Assembly: GCA_964510885.1 (NCBI GenBank)
Contig: CAZEDL010000001.1
Span: forward strand, 129,310 to 193,309
From: an uncultured Gammaproteobacteria bacterium
GTDB lineage: Bacteria > Patescibacteriota > Patescibacteriia > Magasanikbacterales > GWA2-37-8
Reading direction: 5' to 3'
Length of the DNA: 64,000 nucleotides
In this document: in pieces, positions 46,630 through 56,417 of the stretch
Layout of the letters: the number at the start of each line of letters is the position of its first letter
Numbering within the stretch: position 1 is the first letter of the stretch
Notes under the pieces: model-generated
The model's database searches: none
Told to the model about the DNA's origin: nothing
Seen by the model: only the letters and a program-made list of their open reading frames with translations
Program-made: the position numbers and the translations under genes

Positions 46630-48525
46630 ATGTTTGCCACCGTTGTGTTAGCCCGGCGTACTCCTGCTAAACTTTCCTATCTTACCTATCGAGTCCCGCC
46701 TTCACTTGCAGGTTCAATAGCCCTTCGCCAGCTGGTAGCCGCCCCCTTTGGCAAAAGCCAAGCCTACGGGATAGTTTTCGATTTATCACAGCACGCACCC
46801 ATTCTTCCCAAAAATCAACTGATTAAAGATATTGCAGCTATAATAAACCTAACCCCAGTACTATCCGAAGCACAATCGGATTTTATTAAAGACATCAGCG
46901 ATCTGTATCACACTTCGTTTGGCTGGCTGATTAAAAACACCTTATTTCCACTGCAACCGCGAAAAATAAAACAATTTGCCAGCGTAGCCAATTCAGGTGT
47001 GGTTACCGCAGCAAAAACACCTGCCCCAATCCACTTTTTTTATCACCGCACTCTACCCGAAGCCATCCCCTACCTTGAAAAAAATCTCAACGACGGTGCT
47101 CAAAACTTGCTATTAGTGCCCGAAATAAATCAACTCAAAAAAATTAGCGCCAGCCTGCCGACCTTGCTGTTACGTGAAGCTACAATAATAGATAATCAAA
47201 CTAGCGCTAAAATTTTATATGAAACCTGGTTACGGCTCTGGCGCGGTGAGGCCCTGACAGTAATCGGAACGCGCTCTAGCTTGTTTCTGCCGTGGACCAA
47301 TCTTAGAAACGTCGTCGTACTTGATGAATCAAATCCGAGTTACAAAAGTTTTGAAGCTGCCCCGCGGCTTGAAACTCGTGATGCTGCACGATTTTTAGGG
47401 TGGCACCATGGTGCCACCGTCCATCTACTTAGCCAAGTTCCATCGCTCGAAACCTACCAATTTGCCAGGCAAGGGTTATACCCGAATAATTTATTTACTG
47501 AAAAAGTGCCCGCCGCTACTCCACCGCCCCAGATCGAAATTATCAATCTTAAAGATGAATATTACCGCCGCAATAATACTGCTCTTTCAGAAGCTGCACG
47601 CAAAGCTCTCAGTCAAGTCAAACGTGGCGAGATTGGCCTCTGCTTAGTAAACAAGCGTGGCACCGCTTCATTTATCACCTGTCAGGATTGTGGTTTTGTA
47701 TGGCAGTGCAAAACCTGCCGCCAAAATCTTACCTGGCACGAACAATCTAAAAGCCTGCGCTGTCATTTTTGCAAAACGAACGAACCGCTCCCTGGCAGCT
47801 GCCCCACCTGCCAGGGCACACTCATTAAACTCGGCGGCTCTGGCAGCGAAAAAATTGAACAACTACTCCGCCAAATAACCCGTGAAAATAACGGCACCGT
47901 TGTTCGCATTGATTCTGATTCAAAACATATCGTGCCTACAGTAGACGCGCCGCTCTACTTGGCAGCCACCGCCGCCGCCTGGACCAGCCTCCCCTGGGAA
48001 AAAATTACCACAGTAGTCTTTGTCGACCCCGACACCATGCTACAGATTCCTGAATACCGAATCAGTGAACGCCTCTGGTATTATATTCAAATGGCCCGGC
48101 TTAATATTCCAGCCACCGGGAGATGCTTCGTACAAACCAGACACCCCGAGCAACCTTTTTTCCAGCACCTGAACAATCGAGCCCAATGGTACGCAGAGGA
48201 ACTAAAATCGCGCCGCCGCTTCAAATACCCGCCATACTGGAGCTTATTAAAACTAAGCCTCAGCCGACCGCTTCAAGGCACTATTGCTGGCGAAACAGAG
48301 CGCCTTTACCGACAACTGCGAACATTGACTAGCGGCTCTGAAAACGTTATAGTACTGCCGCCAATTGCCTCTGTAACTAGCGGAAACAGGCCTTCAGCAA
48401 GCCAGATTATAATAATCAAAATCAAACCTGAAGTGTATAAAAAAACCATCAAAAAGCTACTTGCCAGTGTGCCTAATTTTTGGAAAACCGATCTAAACCC
48501 GCACGATCTCCTGAACAGTCTATAA
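46630..48525 (+). CDS. priA: Primosomal protein N' (PriA)-like, with intact Cys-rich zinc module but degenerate Walker A
   Basis: N-terminal 3-prime-DNA-binding domain (LTYRVPPSLAGSIALRQLVAAPFGKSQAYGIV). Motif II-like VVLDESNPSYK. Cys cluster CQDCGFVWQCKTCRQNLTWH...CHFCK...CPTCQG. The usual GxGKT P-loop is replaced by LEKNLNDGAQNLLLVPEI. Confidence 0.7.
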   Translation: MFATVVLARRTPAKLSYLTYRVPPSLAGSIALRQLVAAPFGKSQAYGIVFDLSQHAPILPKNQLIKDIAAIINLTPVLSEAQSDFIKDISDLYHTSFGWLIKNTLFPLQPRKIKQFASVANSGVVTAAKTPAPIHFFYHRTLPEAIPYLEKNLNDGAQNLLLVPEINQLKKISASLPTLLLREATIIDNQTSAKILYETWLRLWRGEALTVIGTRSSLFLPWTNLRNVVVLDESNPSYKSFEAAPRLETRDAARFLGWHHGATVHLLSQVPSLETYQFARQGLYPNNLFTEKVPAATPPPQIEIINLKDEYYRRNNTALSEAARKALSQVKRGEIGLCLVNKRGTASFITCQDCGFVWQCKTCRQNLTWHEQSKSLRCHFCKTNEPLPGSCPTCQGTLIKLGGSGSEKIEQLLRQITRENNGTVVRIDSDSKHIVPTVDAPLYLAATAAAWTSLPWEKITTVVFVDPDTMLQIPEYRISERLWYYIQMARLNIPATGRCFVQTRHPEQPFFQHLNNRAQWYAEELKSRRRFKYPPYWSLLKLSLSRPLQGTIAGETERLYRQLRTLTSGSENVIVLPPIASVTSGNRPSASQIIIIKIKPEVYKKTIKKLLASVPNFWKTDLNPHDLLNSL

Positions 48526-48535
48526 TAAAATTTTT

Positions 48536-49030
48536 ATGGTATACGATATTGTCTACGAACCACACCCTATTTTACATAACCGGGCTAAAGACTTGACCGC
48601 GTCCGAAATTAATACGCCCGAAATGCAAAAATTTATTAAAGACATGGTAGAGACCATGTATGCCAAAGACGGTGTTGGCCTGGCCGCTGTCCAGATTGGA
48701 ACCTCGATCCAGCTGTGCGTGATTGCCAAAGCCTACAACGAATTGAATCCGAACCAGGACTTGTGTCTGATTAACCCAACCTGGACAAAAGCCTCACGCC
48801 ATACCAATTGGGATGAAGAAGGCTGCTTATCAGTCCCTGGTATTTATGGAAAAATAAAACGCTACTCTAATTTGAATGTCACCGCGCTTGATCACAAAGG
48901 CCGACCGCTCACCTTCCGGGCTGAAGACTTTTTTGCCCGCATCATCCAACATGAATGCGACCATTTAAACGGCACGCTATTTATTGAAAAAGCCAAAGAT
49001 TTACACCGGATCAAAAAACCTACACCCTAA
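48536..49030 (+). CDS. def: Peptide deformylase
   Basis: GVGLAAVQIG, EGCLSVPG, HECDHLNG. Confidence 0.9.
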   Translation: MVYDIVYEPHPILHNRAKDLTASEINTPEMQKFIKDMVETMYAKDGVGLAAVQIGTSIQLCVIAKAYNELNPNQDLCLINPTWTKASRHTNWDEEGCLSVPGIYGKIKRYSNLNVTALDHKGRPLTFRAEDFFARIIQHECDHLNGTLFIEKAKDLHRIKKPTP

Positions 49031-49036
49031 GCAGAC

Positions 49037-49417
49037 ATGTTTAAGCGCATCCATCACGTCGCGATAATTTGCCAAGACTACGATCGGTCAAAACATTTTT
49101 ATTGCACTATTTTGGGTGCAAAAATACTTCAAGAAAATTACCGTGCTGACCGCAGATCCTACAAGCTTGATTTAATGTTAGCTGACTGCCAAATCGAACT
49201 ATTCTCTTTTCCAAACCCTCCTAAACGCCTCAACAATCCTGAAGCTGCTGGACTTAGACATTTAGCATTTACCGTTGATTCAGTCACTACTGTCAAACAT
49301 ATCCTTGAAGCGTCAAATATTTCCGTTGAACCAATCAGAACCGACCCATATACGCGCAAAAAATTTACTTTTTTCAAAGATCCGGATGGCTTACCTCTCG
49401 AAATATATGAAAGTTAA
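49037..49417 (+). CDS. VOC/glyoxalase-family protein
   Basis: MFKRIHHVAIICQDYDRSKHFY...LGA plus a C-terminal beta-alpha-beta-beta-beta unit (PDGLPLEIYE). Confidence 0.7.
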   Translation: MFKRIHHVAIICQDYDRSKHFYCTILGAKILQENYRADRRSYKLDLMLADCQIELFSFPNPPKRLNNPEAAGLRHLAFTVDSVTTVKHILEASNISVEPIRTDPYTRKKFTFFKDPDGLPLEIYES

Positions 49418-50348
49418 TGACACAACTATATCTATCACTTTTTTCGGCACCGACCAATTTGCTGCCGACGTTCTTGCCCCGCTTATCGACAGCGGGCTAT
49501 TTACTTTCAAAGCAATCGTGACTCAGCCTGACCGGCCAATCGGTCGCAGCCGCGAAATCGCTCCGGCGCCAGTTAAAGAACTCGGCCGAACCCATAATAT
49601 CCCTGTAATACAGCCGCCTACCTTGAAATCTCCAGAGACAATTGCCAGTATTCCACCGGCAGATTTATTTTTAGTGTTTCATTACGGACTTATTATCCCG
49701 CCAGAATTATTAAGCATTCCTAAGTACGGCACCCTGAATCTTCACCCGTCAAAACTCCCAAGCTTCCGCGGCGCATCACCAATTCGGAGCGCGCTTATCA
49801 ATGGCGACACTGAAACGGCAGTAACAGTGATGCTAATGGATGACAAAATGGACCACGGCCCGATACTAGCCACCGAGATAATTGCGATTGATCCTGATGA
49901 TACCAATGATTCTCTGACTACCAAAATAACTCCGCGCGGCAGCGCACTACTATTAAAAACAATTCCGCGCTGGGTAAATGGCGACATCAGGCCGGAGCCT
50001 CAGAATCACGCCGCCGCTACTTTTTGTACTCTAGTATCCCGTGATGATGGCCAAATACAGTGGCACACTTCGGCAGCCACGATCTACAACCTATTCCGCG
50101 GGCTCAGTCCCTGGCCTGGAATCTGGACAGAACTCCAGGGTAAACGTCTCAAACTATTAATTATCTCTCCGGCTGTAACCACACAATCAGCCGCGCCAGG
50201 TACTATAATAGCTGAAAGTAACCGGCTATATATTGCAACTGGCCAAGGAGTTATTGAAGTAATTAGTCTGCAATTGGAAGGTAAAAAAGCGATGACGGCC
50301 AACCAATTCTTAAATGGGTATAAACACCTTATCGGAACTACCCTGTGA
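49407..50348 (+). CDS. fmt: Methionyl-tRNA formyltransferase
   Basis: ITFFGTDQFA, the SLLP-type motif HPSKLPSFRGASPIRSALINGD, and the C-terminal Fmt domain. Start set to the ATG at 49407, which overlaps the upstream stop by 11 nt. The track's 49275 start overlaps the VOC gene. Confidence 0.85.
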   Translation: MKVNDTTISITFFGTDQFAADVLAPLIDSGLFTFKAIVTQPDRPIGRSREIAPAPVKELGRTHNIPVIQPPTLKSPETIASIPPADLFLVFHYGLIIPPELLSIPKYGTLNLHPSKLPSFRGASPIRSALINGDTETAVTVMLMDDKMDHGPILATEIIAIDPDDTNDSLTTKITPRGSALLLKTIPRWVNGDIRPEPQNHAAATFCTLVSRDDGQIQWHTSAATIYNLFRGLSPWPGIWTELQGKRLKLLIISPAVTTQSAAPGTIIAESNRLYIATGQGVIEVISLQLEGKKAMTANQFLNGYKHLIGTTL

Positions 50349-51805
50349 AACATACCACAAGGCAGATCATCTGGTTTACTGGCGTCTACACCCTACTACG
50401 GGTTATTTCTTTTATTTTTCCTCCGGCTACTCCACTGCACGAAGCTTCGCTTTTTAACAGCATCTTCAGCGGCCTTATTTTAACTATCGTCGCTTACTGG
50501 TTAATTAAAAAAAATCCCGTGGGCTGGTATATTGTTGCTGGCGAACTATTTCTCGGCGGAACTGGAAACTTTTTTAGTTTTTTTGGCCTATCGCTCAGGA
50601 CTGCGCTGCTCCTCGTGTCGCTAGCTATATTTTTTGCTTGGCAATCGCCACCGCGAACCTGGAAAGAACTCATTTTTACTAATCAAACCGCCAGTGTAAT
50701 TATTATAATGGTTGCAACTGTGGCCAGCTTATCGGCAATTCGAGGCTATACCTTCGATCACCCATTGGCACTAATACGCGCCGACAGCATTCCCTATCTA
50801 TTCTTTTTATACTACTTTCCCCTGCGGAGTCTGATTAAAGACAGTGAGTATAAAGCTGAATTTTTATCAGTGTCACAATCGCTTATTATCGCTGCGGTTA
50901 TCGGCAGCGCTCTGTTCATGGGCACAACCTTCGCTCTGTATTCCAGTCACTTCTTAGTGCTGCAAGATACCTACTACCATTGGTTTCGCGATGTTGCGAA
51001 CGGAAAAATCACCGCCCTCCCATTTAATTTTTTCCGCATTGTACTCAATGAGCAACTACTGCTTATCCCTCTTATTCTAGTCGCCACTGATAGCTTAATT
51101 AAGCGACAGGCATTATTTTCGAGCATAACAAAGTGGCGACATTATATTCTTATTGGCGCCTTACTCGGTATCTTAGCTATCAACATCACGCGCATTTATC
51201 TTATCGCCTGGGTTATCGGTTTAGCTTTTCTCATTTCCAAACGGTTTTTTAAGCGCTGGCTGACTATTTCCGCGTTGAGCGGTGTGGCGTTTCTAACCAT
51301 CTTTACTACTATCCATACGATATCTAGCCGAGGCACGAGCCTTGGGCTTGAGCTCTTTGGGCTACGCCTGCAGAGCATTGTTAGCCCAGCGATTGAAGAT
51401 AGTTCGCTCAGCCGCACCCTACTACTGCCCAAAATCATAGCTAAAATAAAATCACATCCGATACTGGGCAATGGGTTAGCTGATACGGTCACAGTCTATA
51501 GCCCGGGAGTAAAACGCGATATCACCACCCCCCAATTTGATTGGGGCTGGCTTGAGATCTGGGCTGAGCTCGGAATCATTGGCCTGCTCGCCTGGGCGCT
51601 ATCGTGTGGGCTCCTGCTGCTACGTATGTTGCAAAGCCAGGCCCCGAGCTGGCAGGCAGCCAGTTTAGTTGCCCTTGGCGCCTGCACCATTACTGCTCCC
51701 GTTATATTTCATGTACTTGGCATTGTCTGGTTAGTCATACTGCTCAGCACCCTTAATCTTTCTTCACCAAACCCGGCTACTGCCAAAAATTCTTTTGACA
51801 GCTGA
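50345..51805 (+). CDS. O-antigen ligase (WaaL)/Wzy_C-family polytopic membrane protein
   Basis: At least 10 TM helices and a large periplasmic loop. The motif SHPILGNGLADTVTVY is typical of the Wzy_C family. Confidence 0.6.
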   Translation: MKHTTRQIIWFTGVYTLLRVISFIFPPATPLHEASLFNSIFSGLILTIVAYWLIKKNPVGWYIVAGELFLGGTGNFFSFFGLSLRTALLLVSLAIFFAWQSPPRTWKELIFTNQTASVIIIMVATVASLSAIRGYTFDHPLALIRADSIPYLFFLYYFPLRSLIKDSEYKAEFLSVSQSLIIAAVIGSALFMGTTFALYSSHFLVLQDTYYHWFRDVANGKITALPFNFFRIVLNEQLLLIPLILVATDSLIKRQALFSSITKWRHYILIGALLGILAINITRIYLIAWVIGLAFLISKRFFKRWLTISALSGVAFLTIFTTIHTISSRGTSLGLELFGLRLQSIVSPAIEDSSLSRTLLLPKIIAKIKSHPILGNGLADTVTVYSPGVKRDITTPQFDWGWLEIWAELGIIGLLAWALSCGLLLLRMLQSQAPSWQAASLVALGACTITAPVIFHVLGIVWLVILLSTLNLSSPNPATAKNSFDS

Positions 51806-52601
51806 TATGACGGGAAAATATAGTCAATTATTTAAGAATTGGTTGCAGCGTTTATTGGCCTACCGCGTCCGGATTATCATCTGGCTAATACGCGATGTCG
51901 CCATGTTTATTATTTTTCCTTTCATCTGGCTCGCCATCTACGGCGACCGGCCCGAGATTGGCAGCTTTTCGAAAGCCAACATAGTCACCTACTACGTGGT
52001 GGTCGCTTTTATCAACACGGTCGTAACCTCACATATCGGCGATGTTATTAAAAAAGATATCGTCCGTGGCGAATTAAACACCCTGCTACTTCGCCCGATG
52101 CCCTATGTATTTTATCATTCAATTCACGAAATAGCCTACCGCGTCTATGGCTTACTTGCAGCCACCCTCACTTCAAGCGTGCTATTGTTCGCTCTGCCCG
52201 GGTGGATTTCTTTCCCCACCCCTCTAAACAGTTTATTTTTTATAATTTCACTCGTGCTTGCCTTTGTAATTTCGCAAACCCTCCAGACTCTGATCGGGCT
52301 GGCGGCTTTTTGGCTCGGCGAAAACAGTTCACTTAATAATACGACAACTCTGTTACAGATGATCTGCGGTGGAGAAATCGCCCCGCTAAGCTTTTTCTCC
52401 CCACTCGTACAACTGATCGCCGCCTGGCTCCCCTTCAAATATCTGATCTATGTACCCGCTCAAATTTACCTGAACCAACTAAGTCCCACTGAAATTGGCC
52501 GACATTTTCTGTTGACGGCTGTTTGGATCATTTTACTCAGCTTGTTTACTCGCTTCTGTTGGCAACGAGGCGTTCGCACATATGATGGCTCTGGTATATG
52601 A
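51795..52601 (+). CDS. ABC-2 family transporter permease
   Basis: 6-TM ABC-2 architecture. Translationally coupled to the next permease with a 4-nt overlap. Confidence 0.6.
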   Translation: MTADMTGKYSQLFKNWLQRLLAYRVRIIIWLIRDVAMFIIFPFIWLAIYGDRPEIGSFSKANIVTYYVVVAFINTVVTSHIGDVIKKDIVRGELNTLLLRPMPYVFYHSIHEIAYRVYGLLAATLTSSVLLFALPGWISFPTPLNSLFFIISLVLAFVISQTLQTLIGLAAFWLGENSSLNNTTTLLQMICGGEIAPLSFFSPLVQLIAAWLPFKYLIYVPAQIYLNQLSPTEIGRHFLLTAVWIILLSLFTRFCWQRGVRTYDGSGI

Positions 52602-53389
52602 TCAAAAAATATTTCACACTCTATCGTCTGTTTTTTAATAACGCCCTGTCGCTCGAAGCACAATACCGCGTTGATACCTGGCTAAAATTGATTACGAATA
52701 TCATTTGGATCATAACGCTATTTGCCATTATTGAAGTAGTCTTCAACCATACCAGTGCATTATTAGGCTGGAGCAAAGCCGAGGTCTATATTCTCACCAT
52801 GCTGTGGGTGCTGCTTGATGAATTATTCATTACGCTGTTTCGAGAAAACTTCTATGATTTTTCTCTTTTGACCGCCGAAGGCCAACTTGATTTTTACCTG
52901 ACTAAGCCAGTAAACACCCTCTTTTTGGTCACCACCAAGCGGATCTTGGCTCGAGCCGGATACCGTTTTATCATGCAGATAGCAGTTCTCCTGTACGTAC
53001 TCTGGAATTTTGACATCACCATCAGGATCTCATTTATCCCCTTATTTATCTTGTTATTAATCATCGGACTTATCATTCAATACAGCTATTCCTTATTTTT
53101 TAATATCTTTAGTTTCTGGTACCTCAGGATTGAAAATATTAACGAACTGATCGGAGCGCTATCTATGTCCGGGCGGTATCCGCTTAGTATTCTGCCGAAA
53201 ACACTAAAAATTATTACCTTTAGTGCTATCCCGATCGCCTTCTCTGCCTATGTGCCCCTGGCCGTATTACTCGGTAAAATGCCCTGGACGGTTACGTTCC
53301 TCGCTCTTGGCGTCGCGCTCAGTTTCTTTGGTCTGAGTGTATCTTTTTGGAACTATGCGGTCCGCCAGTATTCGAGCGCTTCAAGTTAA
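52598..53389 (+). CDS. ABC-2 family transporter permease (second subunit)
   Basis: 6-TM ABC-2 architecture. Paralogous in layout to the preceding ORF. Confidence 0.6.
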   Translation: MIKKYFTLYRLFFNNALSLEAQYRVDTWLKLITNIIWIITLFAIIEVVFNHTSALLGWSKAEVYILTMLWVLLDELFITLFRENFYDFSLLTAEGQLDFYLTKPVNTLFLVTTKRILARAGYRFIMQIAVLLYVLWNFDITIRISFIPLFILLLIIGLIIQYSYSLFFNIFSFWYLRIENINELIGALSMSGRYPLSILPKTLKIITFSAIPIAFSAYVPLAVLLGKMPWTVTFLALGVALSFFGLSVSFWNYAVRQYSSASS

Positions 53390-53402
53390 TTACTATGAGC
53401 AA

Positions 53403-53510
53403 TCTCAAACTTGTCATTCCCGCGCAGCAGCGGGAATGCATTCGCTCATTTTATGAGTAAAGTGTGCATTCCTGATCCTGGTCAGGAATGACACGGATTG
53501 ATTTTGAAAT
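53403..53510. repeat. Composite palindrome of two GTCATTCC...GGAATG(C/A) units
   Basis: Unit B1 is GTCATTCCCGCGCAGCAGCGGGAATGCATTCGCTCATTTT. Unit B2 at 53461-53510 is the reverse complement of the 17937-17986 unit (47/50). The two units face each other across CTCATTTTATGAG. Confidence 0.7.
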
Positions 53511-53558
53511 GAGTTAAATGACACGAATTAATTTTGACAAGAATTCTATACACACATT

Positions 53559-54572
53559 ATGTCTACCCCGATAATCACCCTCACCGACCTCAGCAAGACC
53601 TATGAATACTACAAAAAAGAACCAGGCCTCATGAGCTCTTTAAAAAGCTTGGTGTACCGAAAAAAATTATATGCCGAAGCCGTAAAGAAAATTAATCTGA
53701 ATATTCAACCCGGTGAATTGATCGGATTTCTGGGGCCAAACGGTGCTGGTAAAACGACCACCCTCAAAATGCTCTCGGGGATTATTCATCCTACCAGCGG
53801 GTCTGCCAGCGTGCTCGGGTATACGCCGTGGCAGCGCCAAGCCGACTTTCAAAAGCAATTCGCCTTGGTGATGGGGCAGAAAAATCAGCTGTGGTGGGAT
53901 TTGCCAGCGATGGAAAGTTTTTTATTAAACAAAGCTATCTACGAAATTACCGATTCTGCCTTTAGTGCTACCCTGCAGGAATTAGCAACCATCCTTGATA
54001 TTAACGACATCCTACATATACCGGTCAGGAAATTATCCCTCGGCCAGCGCATGAAATGTGAGCTGACCGGAGCCTTATTACATTCACCGCAAGTATTATT
54101 CCTTGATGAGCCTACCATTGGGCTTGATGTGGTGTCGCAAAAAAATATTCGGGAATTTCTAAAAAAATATAACCGCCAAAAAAATATCACGATTATCCTG
54201 ACGTCACACTACATGGAAGATGTAGAAGCGCTCTGTGAACGAGTCGTGATCATTAATCACGGCAGCCTTATCTATGACGGCGCCCTAGCGAGCCTCCTCA
54301 CAACCTATGCCAACCAAAAAATACTGGAGGTAACATTTACTCTGCCCATTCCTGAAACAGACCTGTCAGCTTTCGGCCGTATTCAAGAATATGCACCGAG
54401 CCGGGTTGTGCTTGAAGTGCCAACTGAAAAAAGTAAAGATGTAGCTATCACCCTCCTACGCGACTTCCCAGTCGATGATATTCTAATCAATGAAATTGCC
54501 GTTGATGAAGTAGTCCGCAATATTTTTCTCGCCCCTCCGGCGGTTGCCCAAGCTACCAGCGGTCTTAAGTAA
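53559..54572 (+). CDS. ABC transporter ATP-binding protein partnered with the ABC-2 permeases
   Basis: Walker A GPNGAGKTT, signature LSLGQRMKC, Walker B LFLDEPTIGLD, H-loop TSHYMED, and a C-terminal extension. Confidence 0.85.
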   Translation: MSTPIITLTDLSKTYEYYKKEPGLMSSLKSLVYRKKLYAEAVKKINLNIQPGELIGFLGPNGAGKTTTLKMLSGIIHPTSGSASVLGYTPWQRQADFQKQFALVMGQKNQLWWDLPAMESFLLNKAIYEITDSAFSATLQELATILDINDILHIPVRKLSLGQRMKCELTGALLHSPQVLFLDEPTIGLDVVSQKNIREFLKKYNRQKNITIILTSHYMEDVEALCERVVIINHGSLIYDGALASLLTTYANQKILEVTFTLPIPETDLSAFGRIQEYAPSRVVLEVPTEKSKDVAITLLRDFPVDDILINEIAVDEVVRNIFLAPPAVAQATSGLK

Positions 54573-55287
54573 TTAACCCATGCTTTTTGAGCACTACCTG
54601 GCGAGCCCGTTCATAATCCGCCACGTGTTTATTCTTTAGCGGCAAAGCATACACAAATGAAGGCAGCCAGTTACTGATATGTAACCCCTTACGACCGGCT
54701 GTTTCTTTGGTAAACAATACTTCTGGCACAAATATGCCGATTTTATCCTCTTCAAACATAGTCAACCACAGATCCCAATCCTGAAACCGTTTTAAAGACT
54801 CATCAAAACCAGAAAAATCCTGACGTCTGATAAGCGAGGTAGTATCAATATAATTATAACGCTGCAAGTCAGCTGCTACAAACGGCTGTGAGCGCATTTT
54901 TTTCCAACCAAATTTAAACTGACTATAGGCATAACTGGCCGCTTGGTTCATCTGGAGGGCTGCATACATCTTCTCAATCATACTTACCTCGGCAATGGTA
55001 TCGGCATCCCAAAAAAGCACATACTGACCCGTAGATTCTGTGAATCCCCGGTTACGAGCTGCCGGCGCACCCTTATTTTCCTGCCTAATAAATAGGGCTT
55101 CTATATCGGCCTGTTGTGCTTTAATTTTTAAAGGCTCTGCCAGTGCTTGAAAATTATCTGTGCTGCCATCATTAACAAAAACAACCTGCAGCGGACGGTA
55201 GGTTTGACCAATCAGTGATTGAACAGAGCGCTCGATGGTAGCCGCATGATTATATACTGGTATTATAACACTAATTAAGGCATTCAT
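54565..55287 (-). CDS. Family 2 glycosyltransferase
   Basis: SVIIPVYNHAATIERSVQSL...VFVNDGSTD, with a DxD region. Confidence 0.8.
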   Translation of the reverse strand: MNALISVIIPVYNHAATIERSVQSLIGQTYRPLQVVFVNDGSTDNFQALAEPLKIKAQQADIEALFIRQENKGAPAARNRGFTESTGQYVLFWDADTIAEVSMIEKMYAALQMNQAASYAYSQFKFGWKKMRSQPFVAADLQRYNYIDTTSLIRRQDFSGFDESLKRFQDWDLWLTMFEEDKIGIFVPEVLFTKETAGRKGLHISNWLPSFVYALPLKNKHVADYERARQVVLKKHGLIT

Positions 55288-55289
55288 AA

Positions 55290-56417
55290 CTAATTATTGG
55301 CCAGCTCAATCTTTTTTAATTGCCTTTCCCAGTTGAATTCAGAGAGCACCCGCTGCTTCCCGGCTGCCCCAAGTTGTTTGGCATACTCTGGGTTGAGTAG
55401 TAGTCCCGTGATCGCCTCAACCACCGCTGGCTTTTGGTTTACATCTACAATGAAACCAGTGACAAGGTGTTCAACCGCCTCAGCCGTGCCGCCAGCCCGA
55501 CCAGCCACACTCGGCAAGCCAAGCGCCGCTGCTTCGAGAAATACCGTACCAAAACCTTCTTCGGTAAATTCATCGGGGTGGGATAACAGGACAAACAGAT
55601 CGGCCAATGAATAATAAACCGGCAGATCATCCGGTGGGACCGCCCCAAGAAACCTCACAACATTTTGCAGTGACCCTTCGGTAATCTGCTTAATGATTTC
55701 GCCTTTCTTCGGCCCATCACCCAAAATCAACCAGACTAAATTAGGTATTTTTTCTAATAAATTCGGCAGGATAGTTATCATATGCGGGAATCCTTTGCCT
55801 TCGGCCAAGCGCCCGACAGTGATAATGACTTTTTTGCCGTTCAAAGCTAATTGCGCCCGGAGCGATGCTTGCCGAGTCTCGGCAACTGGTTTAAAAAACT
55901 GCTCGCCGGGGCACGGGTACGACACCATAATCGGCACTCCGGCCGGAACTAAATCTTTTACTTTGCTCTCTAAAAATAAACTGTTAACCACTATCCGGTC
56001 GGCTTCAGCCAATATCTTTTGAAGGAATGCTCGTTTAAGCTTCGTTCTGGTAGCCAATTGAATATCAGTGCCATGTAAAAAAACCGTATACGGAATGCCA
56101 AGTAATTTTTTAATTAAAAAAGCCACATATCCCACCGGCAAGACATGATGCACCTGCACATGAGTAATTTGCTCTCGTTTAATAAGCAAAAACACCTGCC
56201 AAAACAGACGCACCCAATGTGGCCACCACCAAAAAAAATATGGGTTTTTGCGATATACTTTCCACAGATGGCCATCGTCAACCATTTTAGAATCGGGAGC
56301 TGGCGGCGCATATACCACCACATCATCCGGCAAGAGATGGGCTGCAAAATTCAGCACATACGAGGCAATGCCGCCAGTCTGCGGCGGATATTCTAACGTA
56401 ATAATAAGTAATTTCAT
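55290..56417 (-). CDS. Family 4 (GT-B) glycosyltransferase
   Basis: C-terminal EGFGTVFLEAAALGLPSVAGRAGGTAE follows the GT4 EX7E pattern. Confidence 0.8.
   Translation of the reverse strand: MKLLIITLEYPPQTGGIASYVLNFAAHLLPDDVVVYAPPAPDSKMVDDGHLWKVYRKNPYFFWWWPHWVRLFWQVFLLIKREQITHVQVHHVLPVGYVAFLIKKLLGIPYTVFLHGTDIQLATRTKLKRAFLQKILAEADRIVVNSLFLESKVKDLVPAGVPIMVSYPCPGEQFFKPVAETRQASLRAQLALNGKKVIITVGRLAEGKGFPHMITILPNLLEKIPNLVWLILGDGPKKGEIIKQITEGSLQNVVRFLGAVPPDDLPVYYSLADLFVLLSHPDEFTEEGFGTVFLEAAALGLPSVAGRAGGTAEAVEHLVTGFIVDVNQKPAVVEAITGLLLNPEYAKQLGAAGKQRVLSEFNWERQLKKIELANN

Noticed and set aside
49275-49406. Long N-terminal extension of fmt given in the ORF track
   Set aside because: It overlaps the VOC-family gene in another frame. 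The canonical Fmt N-terminus begins at the ATG at 49407.
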